Positions 19,315 through 28,399 of a DNA stretch of 64,000 nucleotides are shown in pieces; positions within the stretch are counted from its first letter, which is position 1; each line of letters opens with the position of its first letter. The stretch covers positions 1-64,000 of the forward strand of contig JBDHWW010000018.1 in assembly GCA_039810425.1 (NCBI GenBank), read 5' to 3'. The notes below the pieces were generated by a model that saw only the letters and a program-made list of their open reading frames with translations, did no database searches and was not told the origin of the DNA. The position numbers were made by a program, and so were the translations under genes. This stretch comes from Pseudobdellovibrionaceae bacterium. GTDB lineage: Bacteria > Bdellovibrionota > Bdellovibrionia > Bdellovibrionales > Bdellovibrionaceae.

Positions 19315-20232
19315 CTATAACTCATACTCACTAGCCATAGGACCAACTCTCGGCGACATGTTTAGTTCGCTCCGATAATACATGCGCAAATCCTCGGCAT
19401 CACGGATCGGCGTCGCCCCTTCGCTAAGTAAATCAAGATTTCCTAAGTGGGAATTTTCACAAGGATGTCCCGGAACGACAAGAACACCCTTTCCGAGTTG
19501 CAGTGTTTTATGGGCCGTCAACAAACTTCCACTGCGGCGCTTAGCCTCTACCAGCAATGTGACTGCTCCCAGGCCCGCAATCAGGCGGTTGCGATCATGA
19601 AAGAAGTGTTTTTGCATCTTCTCGTCATAGGCGTATTCACTGAGCAAGCAGCCGCCACCATCGATGATCGCTTTTTGCCAGGATTCAAATGCCTGGGGAT
19701 AAATCCGCCCCAATCCCGAGGGCAGCACCGCCACTGTCGAACAGTTGTTACGGATCGCCAGGCGATGAGCCACCTGATCAATGCCGCGGGCCCCGCCACT
19801 AATGACCACCGGTTTTTCGTGGCGAAGGAACTCGACAAAGCTCTCCTCCATCCAAAGATGCGAGGTTTGTGTGGCGTCACGGCTGCCGACAACTGCGATC
19901 GCGCCACCCCATAACCAAGAGGCGTGACCGGTGAAACTCAGAAAAACCGGTGCGCCAGGCATTCCCGAAAAACTCGCAGGGTACATGGGTTCGCCCATAT
20001 AAGTGAAGTTCACCCCAAAGGTTTTCAGCCGCCGGATTTCTTCGGATTCGCGCTTGAGAACTTCGTTTCGCTCGCAGAATTCCTTAAAGAAAAAGGGCTC
20101 CTCACTCTTCAAGTAGTGCCTGAGGTCGGGAGCCTCAACAGTTTGAGATGACAAATATTCCCGCAAACGGCGAAAAGCCTGCAGGCTGCGGATATTTTTT
20201 TGAATAAGGCTAAGATGTATGAGTTTGTCCAT
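19315..20232 (-). CDS. dprA: DNA-processing protein DprA
   Basis: IAVVGSR, ISGGARGID, RNRLIAGL, EAKRRSGSLLTA, VPG. Confidence 0.92.
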   Translation of the reverse strand: MDKLIHLSLIQKNIRSLQAFRRLREYLSSQTVEAPDLRHYLKSEEPFFFKEFCERNEVLKRESEEIRRLKTFGVNFTYMGEPMYPASFSGMPGAPVFLSFTGHASWLWGGAIAVVGSRDATQTSHLWMEESFVEFLRHEKPVVISGGARGIDQVAHRLAIRNNCSTVAVLPSGLGRIYPQAFESWQKAIIDGGGCLLSEYAYDEKMQKHFFHDRNRLIAGLGAVTLLVEAKRRSGSLLTAHKTLQLGKGVLVVPGHPCENSHLGNLDLLSEGATPIRDAEDLRMYYRSELNMSPRVGPMASEYEL

Positions 20233-20539
20233 CCCCCGGCATATTGCAAAGAAAGGCGCATCACGGCCCCTCAATGGATTCTTTAGAAGCTTAAAACCCG
20301 TCCAGATTTCGAACGGATTTCCGGCTTTGCTGAAACTTTCATGAAATTTATATGACTAATTTTCAGATTTTCTGCGACAATAAAGTCTCGGTTTGGAGAA
20401 GTGCGGGCCCCACAAAAAGGCGCAAGGGAAGTCTTTTCTTTTTGTGGAGCCCCAAGAAACAATTTGTTTTGCGGACAAACCGATGTTTCTGGATTCAGGA
20501 TAGAAGTAAAACAACCTTTTTAAAATTCGTGTTTAAACT

Positions 20540-21160
20540 ATGAATCAAGGCCGTAAGAAAAAAACTAAAATCCAAGTAAAATCACCGACTCAGGAACGAT
20601 CTAAACAAACTGTTTCCGCAATCCTTGAAGCTTGTGCTCGTATTATTGCACGAGAAGGATACTTCTCCGTAACGACCGATAAAATTGCGGTCGAAGCCGG
20701 AGTGAGCATCGGCTCGCTATATCAGTTCTTTGGCAACAAAGAATCCGTTGTTTCCGCGCTGATTAAGAAGCTGATTGACGATGATCGTCAGTATTTTTTC
20801 ACTCACATGCAACCTCACGACAATTTACCGCCGAGTGAGAAAATTCCAAAGATGATCGAGATCGGTTTTGAGATTTATCGGCAACAGCCGGAATTGCGCG
20901 CAGCCCTTCAAGCCGTGCGTCTCTATCTGACCGAGCAGGATTACCTGACCCAATCCCGCCGAATTTTCACGGAATTTGTCCGCACCCACCTCTGCCATAT
21001 TCAGCCTCCGCGTGACAAAGAAAAAGTTTCTTATATCGCCGTCACGGCGTTCTTAAGTATCATGAACAGCACGATGCACGACTCTCCGGAACTCGTGAAA
21101 GACCAGAGTCTCATCGACGAGTTAATTTTGATGTTCAGAAAATATCTCGAGCTGAAATAG
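20540..21160 (+). CDS. TetR/AcrR family transcriptional regulator
   Basis: PTQERSKQTV, IAVEAGVSIGSLYQFFGNKE HTH. Confidence 0.92.
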   Translation: MNQGRKKKTKIQVKSPTQERSKQTVSAILEACARIIAREGYFSVTTDKIAVEAGVSIGSLYQFFGNKESVVSALIKKLIDDDRQYFFTHMQPHDNLPPSEKIPKMIEIGFEIYRQQPELRAALQAVRLYLTEQDYLTQSRRIFTEFVRTHLCHIQPPRDKEKVSYIAVTAFLSIMNSTMHDSPELVKDQSLIDELILMFRKYLELK

Positions 21161-21257
21161 GCGTGAGGGCCAGCCGGCCCTACCGCTTCAATGCAGAAGC
21201 CCCGGTTTTGCAGAATGAGATTCTGAAAGTTCGTATTTACTGTGAAGATTCCATCTT

Positions 21258-22700
21258 CTAGAGATGGAAATCGTCGTCACCGCCAGGCGCCGGGCTGCCG
21301 CCGTTGTTGTTTGGCGCATCCAGATCAAAATCAAGATCACCGCCGAAGCCAGTGTCGCTGCTTGAAGAAGGTATCGAATCAAAGGCCGCATCATCATCCA
21401 GTGAAAGCTCGCTGCTGCCACCGACCCTGCTTTGCGAAGGAGCAGGCTTTACGCTGCCGCCCGCGTAGTCTCCGGTAAAGATCTCATTCGTCGCATCAAC
21501 CACATATCCCGTCGCAAAATGATCCGCGAGTTTGATGATCTTCACTTGGCCGATCACGCGGTCATTCGTGACCGCTTTTGTGTTGCTTTTACGAAGGCGC
21601 TCATTCAAGAAGATGTTCAAAGTAGAGCCTTCTTGCAAGCCTTCTTTCGCACCCGCATTCAAGAAGATGATATTGTCCGTGCCGAATATTTTTTGCCCGT
21701 GCCGTTCAAACTCGCCGCCGATGATTCTCGACTGCACGGCGGTTGAAATCGGCGTCGCGCTCGAGTTGAATGTCTTCAGCGTTCCGGGAACGAGTTTCGC
21801 ACCGACATCCAGCGGCTGAATCGCCTTTTTCACGACCGCGCGGAACAGATTGTCGCCCTCATTGACACGCTCACGGAGTTCGATCTCCCCTTGAACTTCA
21901 ACAACGTAACCTTTATTGCCGAAGAGCTCACCGGGATCAGAAATTTTCACATCGTCTTTGACAACAATGAAATGCTTGTTAGCCGCGTTCGACACACGCA
22001 CGATCACAAGTTCGTATTCGTTGGATGTCTTCTCCTCCGGATGCTCCGCTTCAACGATTTCACCGATGCCTTCCACCGGGTCGTCAGAAATGTAGAAAGA
22101 AAGAAGTTTCGGTGCGGGCGGGTATTTCACATGCTCACCACTGACTTCAAAATCAATCGGTGGCTTATTCACGACTCCCAAACGGTACAACGGCAAACTA
22201 TCTGGAAGTTTTTTAACCACGGGACGGCTCTTCCTTCTTGGGGGCGGGATTTTGATGCTTTCCAGCTCACCCGCTCTGTTTTTCTCCAGGACGTGTGTTG
22301 GCATCTCTTCTGGCGCCGCGGTCTTTTCTGCTAAGCCCACGGTCGGCGCTTCTGCCATCGTTCCAGGGTAAAACTTGATCTGTTGGCTTGGATTGATCTC
22401 GTGCGGATTTTGAATGTCATCGGTGTTATAAGACCATACCTTCGGCCAATAGTAAGATTCACCGAAGAGTGTGTGACTGATATCCCATAACGTATCCTTG
22501 TTTTGAACAGCGTAACTGTTGGCCTTACGGCCCGACAGAACTTTTTCCCAAGCTTCTTCCGACGTGGGTTGTTCGTTGTATTTCTTGTAAATACGGTGGA
22601 ACCGCTCTTCACGTTTGAAATCAACGTCGTCTTGCGCATGCGCCAAGACCGCCGCCACAACGACGGTGACCGTAATGGTTTTCAGAAACATTTTATGCAC
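21258..22700 (-). CDS. LysM-domain protein, TsaP-like (type IV pilus secretin-associated)
   Basis: Signal peptide; YAVQNKDTLWDIS..YWPKVWSYN..IQNPHEINP LysM; near dprA as is typical of tsaP. Confidence 0.75.
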   Translation of the reverse strand: MHKMFLKTITVTVVVAAVLAHAQDDVDFKREERFHRIYKKYNEQPTSEEAWEKVLSGRKANSYAVQNKDTLWDISHTLFGESYYWPKVWSYNTDDIQNPHEINPSQQIKFYPGTMAEAPTVGLAEKTAAPEEMPTHVLEKNRAGELESIKIPPPRRKSRPVVKKLPDSLPLYRLGVVNKPPIDFEVSGEHVKYPPAPKLLSFYISDDPVEGIGEIVEAEHPEEKTSNEYELVIVRVSNAANKHFIVVKDDVKISDPGELFGNKGYVVEVQGEIELRERVNEGDNLFRAVVKKAIQPLDVGAKLVPGTLKTFNSSATPISTAVQSRIIGGEFERHGQKIFGTDNIIFLNAGAKEGLQEGSTLNIFLNERLRKSNTKAVTNDRVIGQVKIIKLADHFATGYVVDATNEIFTGDYAGGSVKPAPSQSRVGGSSELSLDDDAAFDSIPSSSSDTGFGGDLDFDLDAPNNNGGSPAPGGDDDFHL

Positions 22701-22734
22701 AACTCACTCCATCCTTGGAAAGCAGTGTCGAAAA

Positions 22735-23259
22735 TTATCGCATTAACTTGAGATCATTTTCAGCGCGGAAGGCTTCTGGACTGCCTGGGTATCTCTTACG
22801 CAAATCAGAAAGGACACTCTTTGCTTGCGGTGCCAAATTCATTTGCTTATAAGCAATCGCCTTTGCGTATTTCGCCGCAACCACTTTGTTGCTGCGGGGA
22901 TATTGAGCAATGACTTTTTGATAGTACTTGATGGCTTCCGCATAGTTCTTACCACCAAATGCCATGCGCCCCGCTAAATAGAGGACATTGTCAGCGTAGG
23001 AACTCGCCGGGAAACGGGTCATGAATGTTTGCATGCGACTCTTAAAGCCAATCTCATCGTTTGAGCGATAGGCATTGAAAATCTCCGCATAGAGCGTGGT
23101 CTCATCCACTTTTGATGGATCTTTTCCTGTGAGCTCAATCATGAGCGCATCTTTACCCATATCTTTACTTCCAGCGTCTTTCACTTTCTTAGCAGCGAAA
23201 GCTTCCACTGCGGAAAGACTTAAAACAAAAGTTACTGTCAAAATAAAATACTGCTTCAT
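22735..23259 (-). CDS. periplasmic TPR protein (CpoB/YbgF-like)
   Basis: Signal peptide; FPASSYADNVLY, YPRSNK, YPGSPEA TPR pattern. Confidence 0.8.
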   Translation of the reverse strand: MKQYFILTVTFVLSLSAVEAFAAKKVKDAGSKDMGKDALMIELTGKDPSKVDETTLYAEIFNAYRSNDEIGFKSRMQTFMTRFPASSYADNVLYLAGRMAFGGKNYAEAIKYYQKVIAQYPRSNKVVAAKYAKAIAYKQMNLAPQAKSVLSDLRKRYPGSPEAFRAENDLKLMR

Positions 23260-23573
23260 CTGTCATCACCTCGGTCTAAAACCAAGTATGACACGGCAAG
23301 AGAATCCACGACAATAAAGAGTTTTCCACATCTTTTGTTGAGTTACCCAGAACCTAGACCTTGGACTATAAGCCAGATAAGGCTTTTAGCGTTTTGCTGA
23401 AAATTTAAACATTAACTAACTTATTGAATTTACTTGATTTATTACGAAGTTTTGACGAAAATCAGAACTCCGAATTTCAGATCTTAAATTCCGATTTTTG
23501 GCCGCTTCGCGTTCTAATTTCAGATTATTTTAGATCGAGAGTCTGGCTCAATTTTTGTTAAGTCATTGAAACT

Positions 23574-24488
23574 ATGATTTTAATTGTCATGCTTGCCGCT
23601 GTTTACAGCACCAGCATTTTTCTCGATTTGCCCGCAAAATTATCAGAACACTCCCAGGTGATTCATTATTTCTGTTTACAAATGCTTCCAATGAGGGTGG
23701 AAAACCACGGCAGTTTGGAAGCTTTGGTCTGCGGAAAAAATATGCAAGAGCTCGAGGTACAACAGCTTCTTGTGCAATCTTCACTCATCCATGTCTTCAT
23801 CGTCTCAGGATCCCACTTTCTTTTTCTGCATAAATTGTTAGCACGAGTTCCGATTGTGCGTTTTTGTCCACTGTTGGTGTTGTCGGTGTATTGTTTGGCA
23901 ACTCTCTGTCAACCGCCGGCACTTCGATCACTTCTATTTCTGTCTCTTGTTAGTTTCACAAAACGGCAAAAGAGATTTCCATCACCGGTGATTTTGCTTT
24001 TCATCAGTTGTGCTTTCAGTGTGTGTATTTTTCCACAGTGGATCACTTCGCGTTCCCTTTTGATGAGCTTGCTCGCCGCCCTCACCATCACGGTGATGTC
24101 GGAATTTTGGGGAAAGAATCGTGGGAGTCTTCCGGAAATGTTCGCGACTCAATCCACCATCTACGTGGTGATGGCTTTTTGCCTATGGGGATTTTCCAAT
24201 CTGCATCCACTCAGTATTTTGATGAACATGATTTTTGCCCCGCTGATTGGAGCCGTGATTTTTCCACTGGCACTTTTGGTCATTGTTCTGCCGCCACTCA
24301 GTTTTGTTTTTGATGCCGCAATGAATGGGCTGATTTGGATTTTACGGAACACCTCGGAAGTTCTTGGAGAAAGCGTTCTAGGCGAGCTTATTCCCGTTGC
24401 CTGGCAGTGGGCTTTGTTTTTCGTGTTAACCACAAGCTCTTATATCTTTCTTATTCAACGAAAGCGCCGGAAGGTTCACGGTGCTTAA
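23574..24488 (+). CDS. comEC: ComEC/Rec2 competence membrane domain (standalone)
   Basis: HVFIVSGSH motif, PPALRS, multiple TMs. Confidence 0.8.
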   Translation: MILIVMLAAVYSTSIFLDLPAKLSEHSQVIHYFCLQMLPMRVENHGSLEALVCGKNMQELEVQQLLVQSSLIHVFIVSGSHFLFLHKLLARVPIVRFCPLLVLSVYCLATLCQPPALRSLLFLSLVSFTKRQKRFPSPVILLFISCAFSVCIFPQWITSRSLLMSLLAALTITVMSEFWGKNRGSLPEMFATQSTIYVVMAFCLWGFSNLHPLSILMNMIFAPLIGAVIFPLALLVIVLPPLSFVFDAAMNGLIWILRNTSEVLGESVLGELIPVAWQWALFFVLTTSSYIFLIQRKRRKVHGA

Positions 24489-25230
24489 AGTGTGGCTTGC
24501 GGTTGTGTTTTTGATTTTACTGTCTCCGACCCTCCTGAAAGAGAACGCCCGGATGAAACCCTATTGGATTGTCTGGAATGTCGGCCAAGGGCAATGGAGC
24601 ACGCTTATTGATGAAAACTCTTGCCGCCACTTCGATATGGGAGGAGAGAAAAGTCCCCTTTCCCGCATCCACCGTCTTTGTCGCGGTAAAAAGAACTTCA
24701 TTTCGCTGAGTCACTGGGATCTCGACCACGTGGGCTTTGCCCTGCGGGCGAAAAGGTTTTTGCCAAAAATATGCCTGGAAACCCCGCCGCTCGGGAAAGC
24801 CTCTCCCCACAAGATGAAGATTTTGAGCGCGTTTGCAAAATGCTCGGCCGGCTCTGAGGGGCCCATCACGGAACTGACGCATTTTTCTGCCGCGGATCTC
24901 GGCCAGAAAACCAACGAGCTCAGTCATGTTTTTTTAGTCGCGCAAACATTTTTAATTCCGGGTGATTCGACGGCAAAGCAGGAGAAAATCTGGAGTACGA
25001 ATGCGGGGCTGGAGCGCACAAAGTTTTTATTACTTGGCCATCATGGCAGCCGCACCAGCACGTCGGAAGAGCTGCTCAGCCATTTACGGAGTCTTAAAAC
25101 TGCCGTGGTTTCAGCGCGATTCGCGAAGTACGGCCATCCGCACCCAGAGGTGGTGCGACGACTGCGGAAATATCATGTTCCAATTTTGAAGACAGAGGAC
25201 TGGGGAAACCTGTGGTTTGAATACCCTTAA
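24481..25230 (+). CDS. ComEC-type metallo-beta-lactamase-fold domain (standalone)
   Basis: NVGQG, SHWDLDH, PGD, GHHGS, YGHPH motifs; 8-nt overlap with upstream ORF. Confidence 0.85.
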   Translation: MLKVWLAVVFLILLSPTLLKENARMKPYWIVWNVGQGQWSTLIDENSCRHFDMGGEKSPLSRIHRLCRGKKNFISLSHWDLDHVGFALRAKRFLPKICLETPPLGKASPHKMKILSAFAKCSAGSEGPITELTHFSAADLGQKTNELSHVFLVAQTFLIPGDSTAKQEKIWSTNAGLERTKFLLLGHHGSRTSTSEELLSHLRSLKTAVVSARFAKYGHPHPEVVRRLRKYHVPILKTEDWGNLWFEYP

Positions 25231-25233
25231 GTC

Positions 25234-25779
25234 CTATTCCATGCTTAAGCCCGCGAGCCCCAAGTAATCTTTCACGTATTTTTTAACTGCATCTTTGAAG
25301 CGCTCAGGATCTTTGCTGATCCCCTCTAGGAGTTTCGGCCCGTCCTGCTGCTGAGCTTGGGTCAAACCGATAATGTTTGCCATATAAATGCGTGCTTCAT
25401 CTTCTTCCGCACGGTTTTTATAACTAAGAACTTCGACTTTCTTCTCGCGGATCCAATACTTTTTGCCGCTCACCTCAACCAGGCCGTAAATACTTGGATT
25501 GATGCCCGGCCAGTAAATCCGCCGCAGGTCCTCAACCCGCTCATAAGGATCTGCTTGGGACAAATACTTGGTCAAAGCGGCGTCGACGTAAGGCTTTAAT
25601 TCTTTAATATGGTAAGTGCCGTCTTGATTTTGGATCAAAACCCACAAGCGCTCGCCGGCAACTAAACTGCCGCCACGCTCCAGCGGACGTTTGGCAACGT
25701 CAATCACCGTCGCACCTGGGAAAAGAGATTTCATTTCGTTGATATCCGGACGCCCCTCCCATTTTTCGATTTTGCCGGC
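25234..25779 (-). pseudogene. 3' remnant of a gene disrupted by IS630 (possibly DUF2252-like)
   Basis: Frame open to 25779 where IS sequence begins; orphan RBS + ATG CTT GCG AAC TTA at 26013 on the far side of the IS; family guess from RGGS and YWIRE only. Confidence 0.55.
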
Positions 25780-26000
25780 TTATAGTCCGGAGCTCAACCC
25801 GGACGAGTTGTTGAATCAAGATGCGAAGACCAACGCCGTGAGAAAGAAGCGAGCGGCGAACAAAACTGAATTGAAGAAGAATTTGGTCGGATATCTCCGC
25901 GGCAGACAGAAAAAGCCCGAGCTCGTACGCAGATATTTTCATAACAAGCACGTTCGCTACGCCGCTTGATAATGCAAACTATCTACTGCTCCAGGTAATA
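25772..26000 (+). mobile_element. truncated IS630-family element (transposase C-terminus + right end)
   Basis: LPAYSPELNPDE motif, C-terminal YFHNKHVRYAA* at 25969, end ...CCAGGTAA followed by TA. Confidence 0.85.
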
Positions 26001-26231
26001 AGTTCGCAAGCATAAGGGTCTCCCTAAAAATATGATGACACTCAACTCTTCAAAAGAAAGGCCATGAGATGGCCCCTAAAAACGTTTAAACCCACGCTGG
26101 CCCAGGATTTAGTCGGGATTCGCCCCAAGTGGCGCCAAAGTGTCATTCTCTGTCAACAAGTGCGACAGACGATGGGCTAGATTCTGAACCGGACGCTCTC
26201 TGTTTAGCGTAACATGCGACACAATTAAGCA

Positions 26232-27050
26232 ATGATGACATTAACAAAATCAGTAATCGTGTGTGTCTTTTTGTGTGGTTGCGCGGGATCTCTACACGCG
26301 AAATCTGCGGATTTTGAGCAGGAACCGGCTCAGGTTGCGGGCACTCCGAAAGCCGAAAAATTCAACCAAACTGAAAGTGTGACTTACTATCAAAACCGCT
26401 ATGTTTTGAAAAATGCTTATGACAAGCTGGTGGATAATCAGGGTCAGGGGTATGAGAAGCTGTACGGTGTGCGCAACTTCCGTGCGGTTCTAAATGGGGT
26501 TGTGTATCGTGGAGGCGCAAACAATGTTTACAACAAATATGGTCGGCGCGCGAATCAAAATCCACTGCCGGCGATGGGTTTGACGAATCTTTGTCAGGAG
26601 GGTTTTGGTACGGCGGTTTACCTTTACCCGACGAACTACAGTACGGCGGCGAAGACAACGAATTGTAAATCTGTTGTGGATGGCTCCGCTCAGAAGCTGA
26701 GCTACGCACAAATCAGCCCCTTGGCAAGCGATACGGAAGCGCGCAAAATTCTGAATCTCATTTACAAGAAGTTGACGACCGACACGGATCCCTCACCGGT
26801 TTATCTGCATTGTTGGAACGGTTGGCACGCCTCAGGCTTAATTTCAGCGTACACCTTGCGCCAGTTCTGCGGTTTTACGGGCGCGCAAGCCGTGGCATAC
26901 TGGGATCGCAACACGGACGGCGTGAACCAGGGATCGAGCTACGACAAAATCCGGGCGAAAATCCGCGCCTTCACTCCCGACGCAACAATGATTATCAATC
27001 CCGCGCTGAAGAACCAAATCTGCCCAAGCAACAAAAACTTCAGAGAATAA
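26232..27050 (+). CDS. lipoprotein with protein-tyrosine/dual-specificity phosphatase-like fold, atypical P-loop
   Basis: LCGC lipobox; RNFRAV..VYRGG; PVYLHCWNGWHASG. Confidence 0.7.
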   Translation: MMTLTKSVIVCVFLCGCAGSLHAKSADFEQEPAQVAGTPKAEKFNQTESVTYYQNRYVLKNAYDKLVDNQGQGYEKLYGVRNFRAVLNGVVYRGGANNVYNKYGRRANQNPLPAMGLTNLCQEGFGTAVYLYPTNYSTAAKTTNCKSVVDGSAQKLSYAQISPLASDTEARKILNLIYKKLTTDTDPSPVYLHCWNGWHASGLISAYTLRQFCGFTGAQAVAYWDRNTDGVNQGSSYDKIRAKIRAFTPDATMIINPALKNQICPSNKNFRE

Positions 27051-27090
27051 ACGGCGCAAAAATTGAAATGCCTAACGTCCGGCCCAACCC

Positions 27091-27510
27091 ATGACAAAGG
27101 ACAGATTCGTGACAGATCAACCACACTGCCCCTGTGGACTCGAAAACACTTATGACGCTTGCTGTGGCCTTTACCACTCCGGCGAAGCGGATGCTCCGAC
27201 GGCGGAGAAGCTCATGCGCTCGCGTTATTGCGCGTTCGTAAAAAAAGCCTATGACTACCTCGAGGAAACCCTCGATCCGCAAACGTCTTTTGACTTTGAT
27301 CACCAGGGCAATCGTGAGTGGGCCGAGCGCATGGACCTCTACAAACTTGAAATTTTACGCGCGGAAGAAAATGGGAATAAGGCCACGGTTGAGTTCAAAG
27401 CCTACTACCGCGAGAATGACGCTGAATGGGTCCATCACGAAGTGAGTAAGTTTCGCAAACAAGCGGGCATTTGGTATTTCCGAGAAGGAAAAGTGTTTAA
27501 GACCACTTAG
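27091..27510 (+). CDS. ychJ: YchJ family (SEC-C motif/UPF0225) protein
   Basis: CPCG..YDACC..H, TAEKLMRSRY, VEFKA, HHEVSKF. Confidence 0.9.
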   Translation: MTKDRFVTDQPHCPCGLENTYDACCGLYHSGEADAPTAEKLMRSRYCAFVKKAYDYLEETLDPQTSFDFDHQGNREWAERMDLYKLEILRAEENGNKATVEFKAYYRENDAEWVHHEVSKFRKQAGIWYFREGKVFKTT

Positions 27511-27643
27511 CTCGTTTTTTGGACTCTTCCATAGTGTCCTGCAAAACTATGGAATAACTATGGATTCGCGTTTTATTCGTTCCTGTGGGAGACTGGATCC
27601 ACCAGTGGAGCTTCCACAGACTCGGAAGCGAAAGGACGCGAAG

Positions 27644-28324
27644 ATGCCTAAAGTACTCCTGGTGGAAGATGATCCACAAATCTCCAAAAGCCTCAAAATG
27701 AGTCTTTCTTTCAGTGGCTACGATGTTAGTGTTGCAGAAAATATCGCCGATGGCTGGGAAAATGTTTCTAAGCACATCTTTGATATTCTTCTTCTTGACG
27801 TAAATCTTCCAGATGGCAACGGTCTTGATCTTTGCAGAAAAATTCGCGCCATGGGGCAAAACGTACCGATTCTTTTTTTGAGCGCCCGCACAGACGAGGC
27901 CGTCGTGGTGGAAGGCATGAACATCGGTGCCGAAGACTACATCCGCAAACCTTTCGGCACTGAGGAACTCAAAGTGCGCATGAACAAAGCGATGAAGCGC
28001 ACGGATCCCGAAAAGAATCTTGTGGCCTATGGCCCCCTGAAACTCAGTCTTGAAAGACGCACAGTCACTCTTTTTGACAACCCGATCTCTCTGGGGAAGA
28101 GAGAGTTCGACATTCTCACGATCCTGGCGAAGAAAGCCGGCGAAGTAGTGTCGCGGGAACAGATCTTAGGCTTGCTTGAGCCGAATTCTGAACTCTACGA
28201 CCGAACTATTGATTCACATATGAGTCACTTGCGTCGTAAAATGCGAGAGGCAGGGAAAGAGGAAATCCAAATCCTTCCGGTGTACGGGGTTGGATACCGG
28301 CTTCTCTGGAAACAAGCAAACTAG
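27644..28324 (+). CDS. OmpR-family response regulator
   Basis: LLVEDD, LLDVNLPDGNG, KPF, DRTIDSHMSHLRRK, VYGVGY. Confidence 0.95.
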   Translation: MPKVLLVEDDPQISKSLKMSLSFSGYDVSVAENIADGWENVSKHIFDILLLDVNLPDGNGLDLCRKIRAMGQNVPILFLSARTDEAVVVEGMNIGAEDYIRKPFGTEELKVRMNKAMKRTDPEKNLVAYGPLKLSLERRTVTLFDNPISLGKREFDILTILAKKAGEVVSREQILGLLEPNSELYDRTIDSHMSHLRRKMREAGKEEIQILPVYGVGYRLLWKQAN

Positions 28325-28355
28325 CCCGTTTGACAAACAAGCAAACTAGCCCGTT
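28310..28355. repeat. 21-bp direct repeat, two copies
   Basis: AAACAAGCAAACTAGCCCGTT at 28310-28330 and 28335-28355. Confidence 0.9.
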
Positions 28356-28399
28356 CGTCTTGTCTTGCTTTCATTTTATGAATCAGGGTGTGTCGCCTT

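Noticed and set aside
23380..23570. AT-rich region with short repeats as an origin or dif site
   Set aside because: No DnaA-box cluster or XerC/D consensus recognised; consistent with a divergent promoter region.
25691..25771. N-terminal part of the 92-aa ORF as transposase
   Set aside because: It is antisense host-gene sequence; transposase similarity starts only at LPAYSP.
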